DNA of 57,881 nucleotides from Candidatus Uhrbacteria bacterium (lineage in GTDB: Bacteria > Patescibacteriota > Patescibacteriia > JACRJV01), in assembly GCA_016215325.1 (NCBI GenBank), contig JACRJV010000012.1, positions 1-57,881 of the forward strand, written 5' to 3'. Below are positions 6,874 through 14,760 of this stretch, in pieces. Under the pieces are notes generated by a model that made no database searches, was not told the DNA's origin, and worked only from the letters and a program-made list of their open reading frames with translations. Within the stretch, counting starts at the first letter, position 1. The number at the start of each line of letters is the position of its first letter. Made by a program: the position numbers and the translations under genes.

Positions 6874-7609
6874 AGAGGTTGATGGATTGTTGCGGCAAGG
6901 GGGATTGAAGGTGCGCAATTGTTCCTTGCCAAAAGAAGGGAAGTGCATGACATTCGATTACGTCATGATGAGCACGCAGTGCCGCGGATGCGGAAATGAG
7001 CCACAGTTCTCCGTTGAAGAGTTGGGTTATTGCCCTTTGAATGCTGGGCAATCCAGTGCCCCGTTCTTCCACGGTTTTTGTGGAGATGCCGTTGAGTGCC
7101 TTGCGGAGCGCCTCACATTCATCGCTGACTGCGATATGTGACTGCCGGTAGGCGTTGGGGATGGAAACCCCCATGTCCGCGACGGTGAGAGAAAATCGTT
7201 CTTGTCCTAGCGCCGAGGTCGCGATGCCCAATGGTGTCTGCGCATGTTCATGCAGATTGTCGATCAGTTCTCCGATGATGTACAAGATGGTTGTGCGAAT
7301 ATCGGGTCGAATTTTTTCTAGAGGGGCAAGTGTTTGTTCCAAGAGATTAGTTGCATTTTCAGACGGATCGATCAGCACCCCCTGCGTGTGTTCGGCAGTG
7401 ATCTGAATAAGATATCCTTCCCGCTGTTTTTGTTGGCTTAGCAGTGTTGTGAGTGCTGGGAGGAAAGAAAGCGGATCGCGGTGAGCATCAATAGTGATCC
7501 AGTGTTCCTCATTGCGCCGTAGCGATTGGAACTGTTCAGTGAGTCGTTGGAGTTCTTTCAGTGTCTCTTCGAGCGTGTTGTGTTCTGGAACGACACAGGT
7601 GATTTCCAT
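6857..7609 (-). CDS. GHKL/HATPase_c ATP-binding protein (RsbW/SpoIIAB-like)
   Basis: N-box IIGELIDNLHEHA, G1 VADMGVSIP and G2 ERGTGLPSI are present. The track ORF 6857..7711 runs into tRNA-His, so the real start is most likely the ATG at 7609 (MEITCVVPEH). Confidence 0.7.
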   Translation of the reverse strand: MEITCVVPEHNTLEETLKELQRLTEQFQSLRRNEEHWITIDAHRDPLSFLPALTTLLSQQKQREGYLIQITAEHTQGVLIDPSENATNLLEQTLAPLEKIRPDIRTTILYIIGELIDNLHEHAQTPLGIATSALGQERFSLTVADMGVSIPNAYRQSHIAVSDECEALRKALNGISTKTVEERGTGLPSIQRAITQLFNGELWLISASAALRAHHDVIECHALPFFWQGTIAHLQSPLPQQSINLYDILR

Positions 7610-7633
7610 AAGAAAGAGATCATGAAATTTTAT

Positions 7634-7709
7634 TGGGGCGGCCAACGGGAATTGAACCCGTATATCCGGTGCCACAGACCGGCGCTCTAACCATTGAGCT
7701 ATGGCCGCC
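7634..7709 (-). tRNA. tRNA-His (GTG)
   Basis: The minus strand reads G-GCGGCCA-TA-GCTC..GAGC-G-CCGGT-CTGTGGC-ACCGG-..CGGGTTCAATTCCCG-TGGCCGC-C-CCA. G-1 pairs with C73 and CCA is encoded. Confidence 0.9.
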
Positions 7710-7781
7710 ACGTCAAACGTGGATTACTGCCACGTTCTACTAGAATATAGAAAATTGCATCTTGAATCAAGAGTAGATACA

Positions 7782-8021
7782 TGTCCCCGGGAGGAAAGGA
7801 ATCGAACCAATAACAGCTGGTCTTTGTCTCCGCGAGGAATCGAACCTCGATCCGGAGCTTAGAAGGCTCCTGTTTTATCCATTAAACTACGGAGACAAGG
7901 ACCAGCACTCATTGGAGGCTTATCCCGCAGCGTGCGGGACCCCATCTGTGGGCAGTGGGAAGGCGGATGCTCTACCCATGGGATCCCGCTGTTGGCGAAC
8001 AGCGGGATGAACTACAGGGAC
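7782..8021 (-). other. tRNA-like shell (decayed Gly-like tRNA?) enclosing tRNA-Arg and two TCCCGC/GCGGGA hairpins
   Basis: The minus-strand ends GTCCCTG (8021) and CGGGGAC-A (7782) can form a 7-bp acceptor-like stem. Also present: a D-arm-like GTTCA..GGGTAGAGC, an anticodon-arm-like TCCGC-CTTCCCA, and a T-loop GGTTCGATTCC at about 7797-7807. No clean cloverleaf can be drawn. Confidence 0.3.
7825..7896 (-). tRNA. tRNA-Arg (TCT), no encoded CCA
   Basis: The minus strand reads GTCTCCG-TA-GTTTAATGGATAAAAC-A-GGAGC-CTTCTAA-GCTCC-GGATC-GAGGTTCGATTCCTC-GCGGAGAC-A. It is flanked by a 9-bp helix extension, GCTGGTCcTT/AAGACCAGC. Confidence 0.85.
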
Positions 8022-8050
8022 AGTAAGATTTCATTGTTCGTTTCACGTTT

Positions 8051-9052
8051 CTATCTTTTATCTTCTCGGCGTTTCCCGTGGAATGCTTGATGTACTTCTT
8101 TTAAATGTTGGTCAGTAACATGGGTATAAATTTGCGTGGTGGTGATTGAGGCATGCCCGAGCAGGGTTTGCACGGCGCGGATATCGGCGCCACCGCGCAA
8201 AAGATCAGTGCCAAAGCTGTGGCGGAGCGTATGCGGCGTGATGCGTTTAGTGATCCCTGCGATGCGCGCATACCGCGATACAATACGCTCGATCGATCGC
8301 GGCGTCAACGGTTGCTCGATTTGAGATTTGAGATTTGAGATTTGAGATTGCTCGGCCGCGGGGTCGTGGCGCACAAAGACAAAGGGTGATGGGTCAGTGC
8401 GCGTATCAAGATAGCATTGGAGCGCTTGTTTTGCCGAGCTTGACAAAAAAACGACACGAATTTTCCCACCCTTGCCCCGGACCGAGAATTCATCGCGTTT
8501 GAGATTGATTTGATCGCGGTTAAGGTTAGCCAATTCCGCCACCCGTAGTCCGGTGGAAAAAAGTGTTTCCAGCATCGCTTTGTCGCGCAGTCGGATCAGA
8601 GTAGCATGTGCTCGGAGTTTCGGATTTCGGATTTCGGATTTCGGATCTTCTCGATTCGAGGGTGCTGCTAGCAGCCGCGCTAATTCACGATCTTCTAGTA
8701 CGCTCACATGTCGTTCTTCCATTTTACCCAGTTCAATTTTTTCTGGTGTCAGTGATTTAATATCTTCGCGCGCAAGATATTTGAGGAATGCGCGCAACGC
8801 GATCATGTGGTAATTGAGCGTATTCACCTTGAGCTCTTCGCCGAATCGGTTCCGCAATTGTTTGAGCCAGACGCGGTATTCATGGACAAGGGCTGCCGAA
8901 ATTTGTTTGGGTTCTTGCAGGTTGTGTTTCGCTGCCCATAACAAAAAACGATGCAGATAATATTCGTACGTTCGGATGGTTTGCAGTCGGCGGTTCTTTT
9001 CGACAGAGCAATATTCCAGGAACCGCTTTACGAGGTTCTCCAGCGTCGTCAT
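8051..9052 (-). CDS. Tyrosine site-specific recombinase, XerC/XerD-integrase family
   Basis: It has an N-terminal SAM-like domain (VKRFLEYCSVEKNRRLQTIRTYEYYL). The catalytic motifs are ..LFSTGLRVAEL.. and HTLRHSFGTDLLRGGADIRAVQTLLGHASITTTQIYTHV. Confidence 0.85.
   Translation of the reverse strand: MTTLENLVKRFLEYCSVEKNRRLQTIRTYEYYLHRFLLWAAKHNLQEPKQISAALVHEYRVWLKQLRNRFGEELKVNTLNYHMIALRAFLKYLAREDIKSLTPEKIELGKMEERHVSVLEDRELARLLAAPSNREDPKSEIRNPKLRAHATLIRLRDKAMLETLFSTGLRVAELANLNRDQINLKRDEFSVRGKGGKIRVVFLSSSAKQALQCYLDTRTDPSPFVFVRHDPAAEQSQISNLKSQIEQPLTPRSIERIVSRYARIAGITKRITPHTLRHSFGTDLLRGGADIRAVQTLLGHASITTTQIYTHVTDQHLKEVHQAFHGKRREDKR
8318..8348. repeat. Heptanucleotide tandem repeat (ttgagat x4.4) inside the recombinase CDS
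   Basis: Read directly at 8321-8348 as four perfect ttgagat units. It encodes SQISNLKSQIS on the minus strand. Confidence 0.9.
8613..8648. repeat. Heptanucleotide tandem repeat (cggattt x about 4-5) inside the recombinase CDS
   Basis: Read directly as cggagtt t cggattt cggattt cggattt cggatct. It encodes PKSEIRNPKSEIRNPK. Confidence 0.9.
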
Positions 9053-9091
9053 AGTGTATAAGTAGTATTCGCATTATGTATTCTACGATCA

Positions 9092-9120
9092 TTGACTTTT
9101 GAGGGCAATACCAGTATAGT
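9092..9120 (+). promoter_or_regulatory. Candidate sigma70-type promoter for rpsO, giving a ~165-nt leader
   Basis: TTGACT (9092-9097), 17-nt spacer, TATAGT (9115-9120). Confidence 0.5.
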
Positions 9121-9204
9121 GTGAACATTATTTACATTCGTTCTCTTGGATTGGCCTTTTGAGCAAAGACCATTCTCGGAGAAACGATTATCGGGGAAGG
9201 TTCT

Positions 9205-9275
9205 AGTCAATAGGTTCTAGGTTTTAGATTTCGTTAGCGATCCTCTAGCCCCTAGCCCCTAACAACCTAGTCCCT
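9205..9275. repeat. Heptamer-phased block (aggttct aggtttt agatttc ... agcccct agcccct)
   Basis: 7-nt periodicity is visible by eye in the rpsO leader. Confidence 0.5.
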
Positions 9276-9284
9276 CGCCATTGT

Positions 9285-9659
9285 ATGCTCTCCAAAAAGA
9301 GTAAAGATAAAGTTATACAGAAGTTTAAGACGCACCCGAACGATACCGGTTCGAGCGAGGTCCAAATCGCCATCTTGAGCGAGGAAATCCGGGAACTCAC
9401 TGAACATCTTAAAACGCATAAAAAAGATTTTTCTTCTCGCAGGGGGTTACTCAAAAAGGTCATGATGCGTCGAAAACTTTTGCGCTATCTCGAGAGCGAA
9501 AGCATCGAACGTTTCGAGTCACTCGTTAAGCGCCTCAAGCTCAAGATCTCTCGTACGCCACAGCAAGACGCTGCCGCATTGGATGAAGTGATTGCAGCCG
9601 ATTCCGATGCTGTCGGCGCGACCGAGCAACCGGTCGAAAAAACCGAAGAGACGGTATAA
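9285..9659 (+). CDS. rpsO: 30S ribosomal protein S15 with a ~35-aa C-terminal extension
   Basis: [50 protein letters not shown] is conserved uS15 sequence. Confidence 0.9.
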   Translation: MLSKKSKDKVIQKFKTHPNDTGSSEVQIAILSEEIRELTEHLKTHKKDFSSRRGLLKKVMMRRKLLRYLESESIERFESLVKRLKLKISRTPQQDAAALDEVIAADSDAVGATEQPVEKTEETV

Positions 9660-9669
9660 CCAAAGCAGT

Positions 9670-10179
9670 ATGTTTAAACATCCGGAACAGCGCGTTGGGG
9701 TTTTTGTGGACGTGGGCAACATGTACCACTCCGCAAAGAATCTTCATAATGCGAAAGTCAATTTTAAAGAAGTGCTAAAGGCGGCTGTTTCGGATCGTAA
9801 ATTGGTTCGCGCTATTGCCTACGTGATTAACTCCAAAGCCCAAGAAGAACAGAAATTTTTTGAAGCATTAGATAACCAAGGATTTGAGGTGCGGATGAAA
9901 GACCTGCAAGTGTTCTTGGGGGGCAACAAGAAAGGGGATTGGGATGCGGGCATGGTGGTGGACGTCATTAAATTGGCGCCGAAGCTGGATGTGGTTGTAT
10001 TGGTGACGGGTGACGGCGACTTTGCTCCGCTGGTTGAATATCTCCAGGCGCATGGCACATTGGTAGAGGCTATTGGCTTCCGCGAAACAACATCGGCAAG
10101 ACTCATCGAAACCGCAGATGACTACACCGACCTTTCTGATCCGAATAACGGCGGTCGACGGAGATTTTTATTGCGCTAA
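9670..10179 (+). CDS. NYN/LabA-like (DUF88) domain protein
   Basis: VGVFVDVGNMYHSAKN...RAIAYV...KKGDWDAGMVVDV...VVLVTGDGDFAPLVEYLQAHG is the NYN pattern. I placed the start at the ATG at 9670, not the track's 9592, which overlaps rpsO. Confidence 0.8.
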   Translation: MFKHPEQRVGVFVDVGNMYHSAKNLHNAKVNFKEVLKAAVSDRKLVRAIAYVINSKAQEEQKFFEALDNQGFEVRMKDLQVFLGGNKKGDWDAGMVVDVIKLAPKLDVVVLVTGDGDFAPLVEYLQAHGTLVEAIGFRETTSARLIETADDYTDLSDPNNGGRRRFLLR

Positions 10180-10210
10180 CAGACGGAGCGAACCGTAAAG
10201 AATAAAATTC

Positions 10211-10238
10211 AAAAAACCCGTTTTTTACGGGTTTTTTG
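10211..10238 (+). terminator. Rho-independent terminator
   Basis: AAAAAACCCGttttttaCGGGTTTTTT. Confidence 0.75.
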
Positions 10239-10257
10239 CTGTATTCCCATACACCTC

Positions 10258-10286
10258 TTGACGCAGCAGCTAAAATATGATATGAT
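10258..10286 (+). promoter_or_regulatory. Candidate sigma70-type promoter
   Basis: TTGACG, 17-nt spacer, TATGAT. Confidence 0.5.
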
Positions 10287-10316
10287 TTTGGGTTAAATTT
10301 TTGGGACCTTTTTGAT

Positions 10317-11486
10317 ATGACCGCCAAACGCATGACAGTGGCCATGATTGGATCCAAGGGGATCCCGAGCAAATCTGGTGGAGTGGAGCGGCACGTTGAG
10401 GAATTATCTAAACGGCTGGTTTCTGATGGCCTGGAGGTGATCGTCTATACGCGCGGTTGGTACGTCCGCCGAAAACAAAAGACATTTTATGGAGTGCGGT
10501 TGATCCAATTGCCGTCTATCCATACCAAGCATTGGGACGCGATTACGCACTCCCTGATTGCTGCCGTCCATGCAATTGTTATTGTCCGCGCCGACATTAT
10601 TCATATTCATGGAATTGGCCCGGCGTTGATTACTCCGTTGGTCCGGCTTATCCCCGGAGTGCGCGTGGTCGTGACGTATCATTCTCCAGATTACTATCAT
10701 CAAAAGTGGGGGCGTCTTGCCCGCTTACTGTTGCGAGCGGGGGAATGGATGGCGTGCCGTTATGCGCATGAGCTTATTGTGGTGTCAGAAGAATTGAATC
10801 GCCATGTGTGGAGTGTGTATCGTCGGCAAGCGGCGGTGATCCCCAACGGCGCCGTTGTCCCAGAGTCGCGACCCGTTGCGACAACACGAGAGCTCTTGCG
10901 TCGCATGAAAATCGGTAACGCTGGGTACATTTTATATGTTGGCCGGTTAATCCCGCACAAAGGAGTGCACACATTAATTACGGCATATGGATCGCTTAAG
11001 AAGAATATCCCGTTGGTGATCGTGGGCGATGGCCACCACACCGATCACTATGTGCAGACGATCAAAATCCTTGCTCGTGCAAATAAAGATATCCTCTTTG
11101 TTGGGGAGCGTTATGGACGCGAGCTGGATGCGCTGTGGCGCGGCGCCGCGGTGGTTGTGCAGCCGTCAGAATCCGAAGGATTGTCATTGAGTTTGCTTGA
11201 GGCGATGAGTTATCGCAAACCCGTTGTGGTCAGTGACATTGCGGAGAATCGTGACGTCGTGCCGAACCCGGATTTTTGGTTCCATACGAATGATGCGAAT
11301 GATCTCGTGCGTGTCTTGCGGTTTGTTCTCGCCCGCGACGATGCGGCGCAACGGCAGGCGCGGGTGAATCAATCGATTGTCCGTGACCGCTACAATTGGG
11401 ATCGGATTGCGCAGCGGACAGTATTGGTGTATCAGCAATTGGCGCGACCGGCCGCTCCCGTGGCCGCAGAGCTTGCGAGAACTTAA
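10317..11486 (+). CDS. Glycosyltransferase, GT4 (GT-B fold) family
   Basis: MIGSKGIPSKSGGVERHVEELSKRL, ...GRLIPHKGVHTLI... and QPSESEGLSLSLLEAMSYRKPVVVSD (E-x7-E region) are present. Confidence 0.85.
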   Translation: MTAKRMTVAMIGSKGIPSKSGGVERHVEELSKRLVSDGLEVIVYTRGWYVRRKQKTFYGVRLIQLPSIHTKHWDAITHSLIAAVHAIVIVRADIIHIHGIGPALITPLVRLIPGVRVVVTYHSPDYYHQKWGRLARLLLRAGEWMACRYAHELIVVSEELNRHVWSVYRRQAAVIPNGAVVPESRPVATTRELLRRMKIGNAGYILYVGRLIPHKGVHTLITAYGSLKKNIPLVIVGDGHHTDHYVQTIKILARANKDILFVGERYGRELDALWRGAAVVVQPSESEGLSLSLLEAMSYRKPVVVSDIAENRDVVPNPDFWFHTNDANDLVRVLRFVLARDDAAQRQARVNQSIVRDRYNWDRIAQRTVLVYQQLARPAAPVAAELART

Positions 11487-11504
11487 AAAGGCAACAGAAT
11501 CCAT

Positions 11505-11530
11505 CCCCAGGCAGATCGCCTGGGGTTTTT
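11505..11530 (+). terminator. Rho-independent terminator
   Basis: CCCCAGGC-agatc-GCCTGGGG-TTTTT. Confidence 0.8.
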
Positions 11531-11607
11531 GTATACTTGACCATAGAGTTCCCTCGCCACGAGGGAGAGGGTTTAGGTGAGGGGATTCGTCAAAAGGAGG
11601 ACGGACA

Positions 11608-14598
11608 ATGAACCTTTACAAGTCGGTTTCCGTTTCCATTTTGGTCTGTGCTGTTACCGGGAGCGGTTGGTGCCAGACTACGAGCACGATTGATCTCCAC
11701 CGCGGGGTCAATATTGTTGCACTCGAACGGCAAGATCCTCGGCTCGCGACCATCGATGATCTCTGCGGTCGTACCGGTTCTCCGTTTGTGGCGATTGCTC
11801 AAGGGCAGCGTTGGCAGACGATTGTGCGTTTTTCCGATGCGGCACAATCGATGCGACTCTCTGGCAATCAAGGGTATGTGGTGGTCAGTTCTCGAGCGCG
11901 CACGATTGCGCTGACCGGCAGTCCGTGGGGGACCGAGGCGTTGACGATTCGTCCGCACCAAGGCCTCATGTTGTTTGTGCATCAGAGACCGAACAACGCA
12001 TCAGCCGGAGAGATCGTCGATGCGTTGGCGGCGACGGCGTTGTTGCGCGTTCGTTCCACTGGTACAGGTCTTGGATGGCATCCGATCGCATCCCCATTAT
12101 TGGGAATTATCGGATCCGATCCGCTCGAGCGAGGCGTCGTATATGCGGCGATCCTGCCGAGCGCTGTGGCAACCAGCGTGGTGCTGCCAAACAGCGATCA
12201 ACCGCCGGTAGCGCTTACCAACGATCTGCCGGTTTCGGCAACCGTCGGCACAACGCTCACGTTGGCGAGTCGATCAACCGACGCGGACGATGCGCCTGAG
12301 GCGCTGCGGTATGCATGGTCCGTGCGGTTCGGGCAATCGGCACTGTTGCAATCGACCAATTCCGTGGTCGTGGTGACTCCAACTGCTGTTGGAATCATGG
12401 TTGTCGATCTGGTCGTCACTGATGGATTGGCGCGATCCAATATCCGACAATCCATTGCGATCGCGCAATCCACAACTTCAACCATCAACGAGATCCAAAC
12501 TCCGCTTGGGCCGTTTTCCCTCAATGTCTTCGGGGTGGTTGGCCATCTCCCCCGCGTGCCCGTGAGTGGCAGCCCACTCCCTGACAATCCCAGTGGATAC
12601 CGGATTCGACAGGAAGCGCGCGCCATTGCGTTGCCAACAGGCGTGGAGCAGCTCGGACTCACTCGGGAGTTGGGATACGGTAATATCCCCGACCTCGAGC
12701 GTGATCCCCAGGGAGTGGTGATCCCGCTCCCTCTCCAACTTTCGGTAGAGGCCGGTTTGAGTCAAACTGCCGATTTGCTTGTCGAGTCGTCGGTGGTGAG
12801 CGGATTCGATAGTCCGGCGACCACGACGTTTTCGTACTACGCGTTCACCGACGACGGAGCGAGCACATCGGTGCAGGCAGTGGGCAAGGGCATTGTCCAG
12901 CAGTGGCGGCAGTGGCATACGCAACTGGCCGCTACCGCGCGTCGATTTACCCCCGTGAGTTTGGCGAACCTCGCGAGCAATCGCGTCGGGTATGGGTTTA
13001 CGCGCGTGCATCCAGATACACCACGTGGGCGTCGTCGCCCCGTGTTCCATCTCCATGGTTTTGACCCACGCAGTGAGTTCGCGCCACTGGGCGACACATT
13101 CCTCCGAGCGCAACATCGTTGGGATTCGTTTTTTGGAGTTGCGCGCGACAGTCCTGCGGGAATCTCGCCGAACATTGCGGTGCTCGAAAAAGATTTCGAT
13201 TTTATCCTGCTCACGTACCCGACCACACGACCGATTACTGAAATTGCCGTGCGGTTGGCAGAACTCTATGAGCAGAATATTCCCGAAGACACCGAGGATG
13301 GGGTTGTTATCTGCTATAGCGAAGGCGGCGTTGTGGATATGGCCTGGGAGAACACAATAGTGCGCGGCAAGCGCATTGGCGATCGCATCAAGCACCGCAT
13401 TGCCATCGCGGTGCCGTATCATGGAGCTTCCGTTGCGACCGCGCTCACGAACCGCTACTTTGATGCGCGATTTTTTACGCGCCAAGTGATGCCGCGAGCG
13501 GCATGGCCGCTCTTGCAGTACGGGCTTGTGCCGCCTTCGGATGGGTTGCGCAATTTGCGCTACGACAATTCTTGGAAAACAGGGGACGGCCGCGTTGCAT
13601 ACCCCACCTTGAATCCGTCGCTGAATGCGCTCCACAGCCAAGATGCATTCGCGCAGAGTACAAATGTTTTCTTTCTGGTCGGGGCAACCGAATACGACCT
13701 TCCGTTGCCCAATACAGAAATGGAAACGGCACGCAACGCATTCGTGACCGAAGTGGAGCGTGAATATTCTGATGGCGTGGCATGGACCGAGAGCACAGTG
13801 CCCAAGGACAAGCACGGATCCTCGAAAGGGGACACCGACGAATTTGTCGGTTGGCGAGCCGACGGCACGCTCGATCGCGTTGGAGTGTACTGGGGGTTTG
13901 ATCACCTTCAGATGTTTGAGCATCCAGACGTGATGTGCGCGCTCCACCGGTTGCTGGCCCAGATCAAGGATCGCTCCAATGATCCGCCGGTTGATCTCAC
14001 ACCGGAGTTGATCACACTCAATGTCGGTCAACGTTCGGTTGAGCTCACGCCGTTTGCATCGGCAACCGATGCCAACGGCGATATGATCACGGACCATTGG
14101 ACGTTCTGGCGCACATGGCCGGATCAAGGTCGCGCGCGATGGGACAGCGCGAACAAGACGCTTACCACCACTGGATCATGCAATATGGTGATGAGTCATG
14201 TGGTGGCAGACGGGCGCGGGATGATCGCGCATACGTTCGTGATCGTGTATCGCCCGATGCCACCGGTCGACCCATTTGTGTCCGATGTACCGGGACTGGA
14301 ATTTACGTTGCGGCCCCGGTTTGATCCGCGCCGCAGCGGTAATGTGGTGGAATGGTCGCGCACGCCATCGGGGGGCGTCAGCCAGGACTCGGAAGAGTAC
14401 GATCTGTGGATTGACCTGCGGTCCGATAGCGGCATGGTCCCCAGGGCCAACAACACCAGCGTGTACGGAGCCTATCGCTGGTGGAGCGGGCGCAAACTGT
14501 ACGGAGCATACCAAGGGCCAGCCCTCAATGGCGGTCCGTACCTGTTCTCCAACATCGCCGTTGCAGAGCCGATATCTGTGCATTTGTTGGACCGATAA
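11608..14598 (+). CDS. Large secreted protein with PKD-like repeats and a lipase/esterase-like alpha/beta-hydrolase core
   Basis: Strong SD (AAAGGAGGacggacaATG) and signal peptide MNLYKSVSVSILVCAVTGSGWC. It contains VFHLHGFDPRS...VVICYSEGGVV...VPYHGAS (GxSxG-like elbow) and segments YAWSV..VVDLVVTDG and HWTFW..VVADGRG. GC is about 60%. Confidence 0.6.
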   Translation: MNLYKSVSVSILVCAVTGSGWCQTTSTIDLHRGVNIVALERQDPRLATIDDLCGRTGSPFVAIAQGQRWQTIVRFSDAAQSMRLSGNQGYVVVSSRARTIALTGSPWGTEALTIRPHQGLMLFVHQRPNNASAGEIVDALAATALLRVRSTGTGLGWHPIASPLLGIIGSDPLERGVVYAAILPSAVATSVVLPNSDQPPVALTNDLPVSATVGTTLTLASRSTDADDAPEALRYAWSVRFGQSALLQSTNSVVVVTPTAVGIMVVDLVVTDGLARSNIRQSIAIAQSTTSTINEIQTPLGPFSLNVFGVVGHLPRVPVSGSPLPDNPSGYRIRQEARAIALPTGVEQLGLTRELGYGNIPDLERDPQGVVIPLPLQLSVEAGLSQTADLLVESSVVSGFDSPATTTFSYYAFTDDGASTSVQAVGKGIVQQWRQWHTQLAATARRFTPVSLANLASNRVGYGFTRVHPDTPRGRRRPVFHLHGFDPRSEFAPLGDTFLRAQHRWDSFFGVARDSPAGISPNIAVLEKDFDFILLTYPTTRPITEIAVRLAELYEQNIPEDTEDGVVICYSEGGVVDMAWENTIVRGKRIGDRIKHRIAIAVPYHGASVATALTNRYFDARFFTRQVMPRAAWPLLQYGLVPPSDGLRNLRYDNSWKTGDGRVAYPTLNPSLNALHSQDAFAQSTNVFFLVGATEYDLPLPNTEMETARNAFVTEVEREYSDGVAWTESTVPKDKHGSSKGDTDEFVGWRADGTLDRVGVYWGFDHLQMFEHPDVMCALHRLLAQIKDRSNDPPVDLTPELITLNVGQRSVELTPFASATDANGDMITDHWTFWRTWPDQGRARWDSANKTLTTTGSCNMVMSHVVADGRGMIAHTFVIVYRPMPPVDPFVSDVPGLEFTLRPRFDPRRSGNVVEWSRTPSGGVSQDSEEYDLWIDLRSDSGMVPRANNTSVYGAYRWWSGRKLYGAYQGPALNGGPYLFSNIAVAEPISVHLLDR

Positions 14599-14725
14599 AA
14601 AAGTTTTTCTTGATCGTACGGGTCTTGTTCGGATAATATTGCGGGCTCCTCTCAATTATTTCTTGAGCGGGGCCCGACTGTTTTCAACTCCATTTTTTGC
14701 ATGATGGCCGTGTGCATAACTATGA

Positions 14726-14754
14726 TTGATCAAACCATTTTTTTATGCTATAAT
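14726..14754 (+). promoter_or_regulatory. Strong sigma70-type promoter with extended -10
   Basis: TTGATC (14726-14731), 17-nt spacer, TGc-TATAAT (14746-14754). Confidence 0.6.
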
Positions 14755-14760
14755 ACAAAA

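Noticed and set aside
6857-7711. N-terminal 34 aa of the track ORF (MAAIAQWLERRSVAPDIRVQFPLAAP...)
   Set aside because: This is the reverse-strand translation of tRNA-His. The real start is the ATG at 7609.
8318-8648. Heptamer arrays here, and the intergenic blocks elsewhere, as CRISPR arrays
   Set aside because: The unit is only 7 nt and there are no spacers, so they are microsatellite or phased repeats.
12478-14127. 549-aa minus-strand ORF, plus the other long antisense ORFs in high-GC DNA (33304..34098, 35807..36718, 36899..37423)
   Set aside because: Long stop-free antisense frames are expected at about 60-65% GC. The plus-strand frames have SD sequences, signal peptides and recognisable motifs, and the antisense translations are Arg/Pro/Gly-rich junk.
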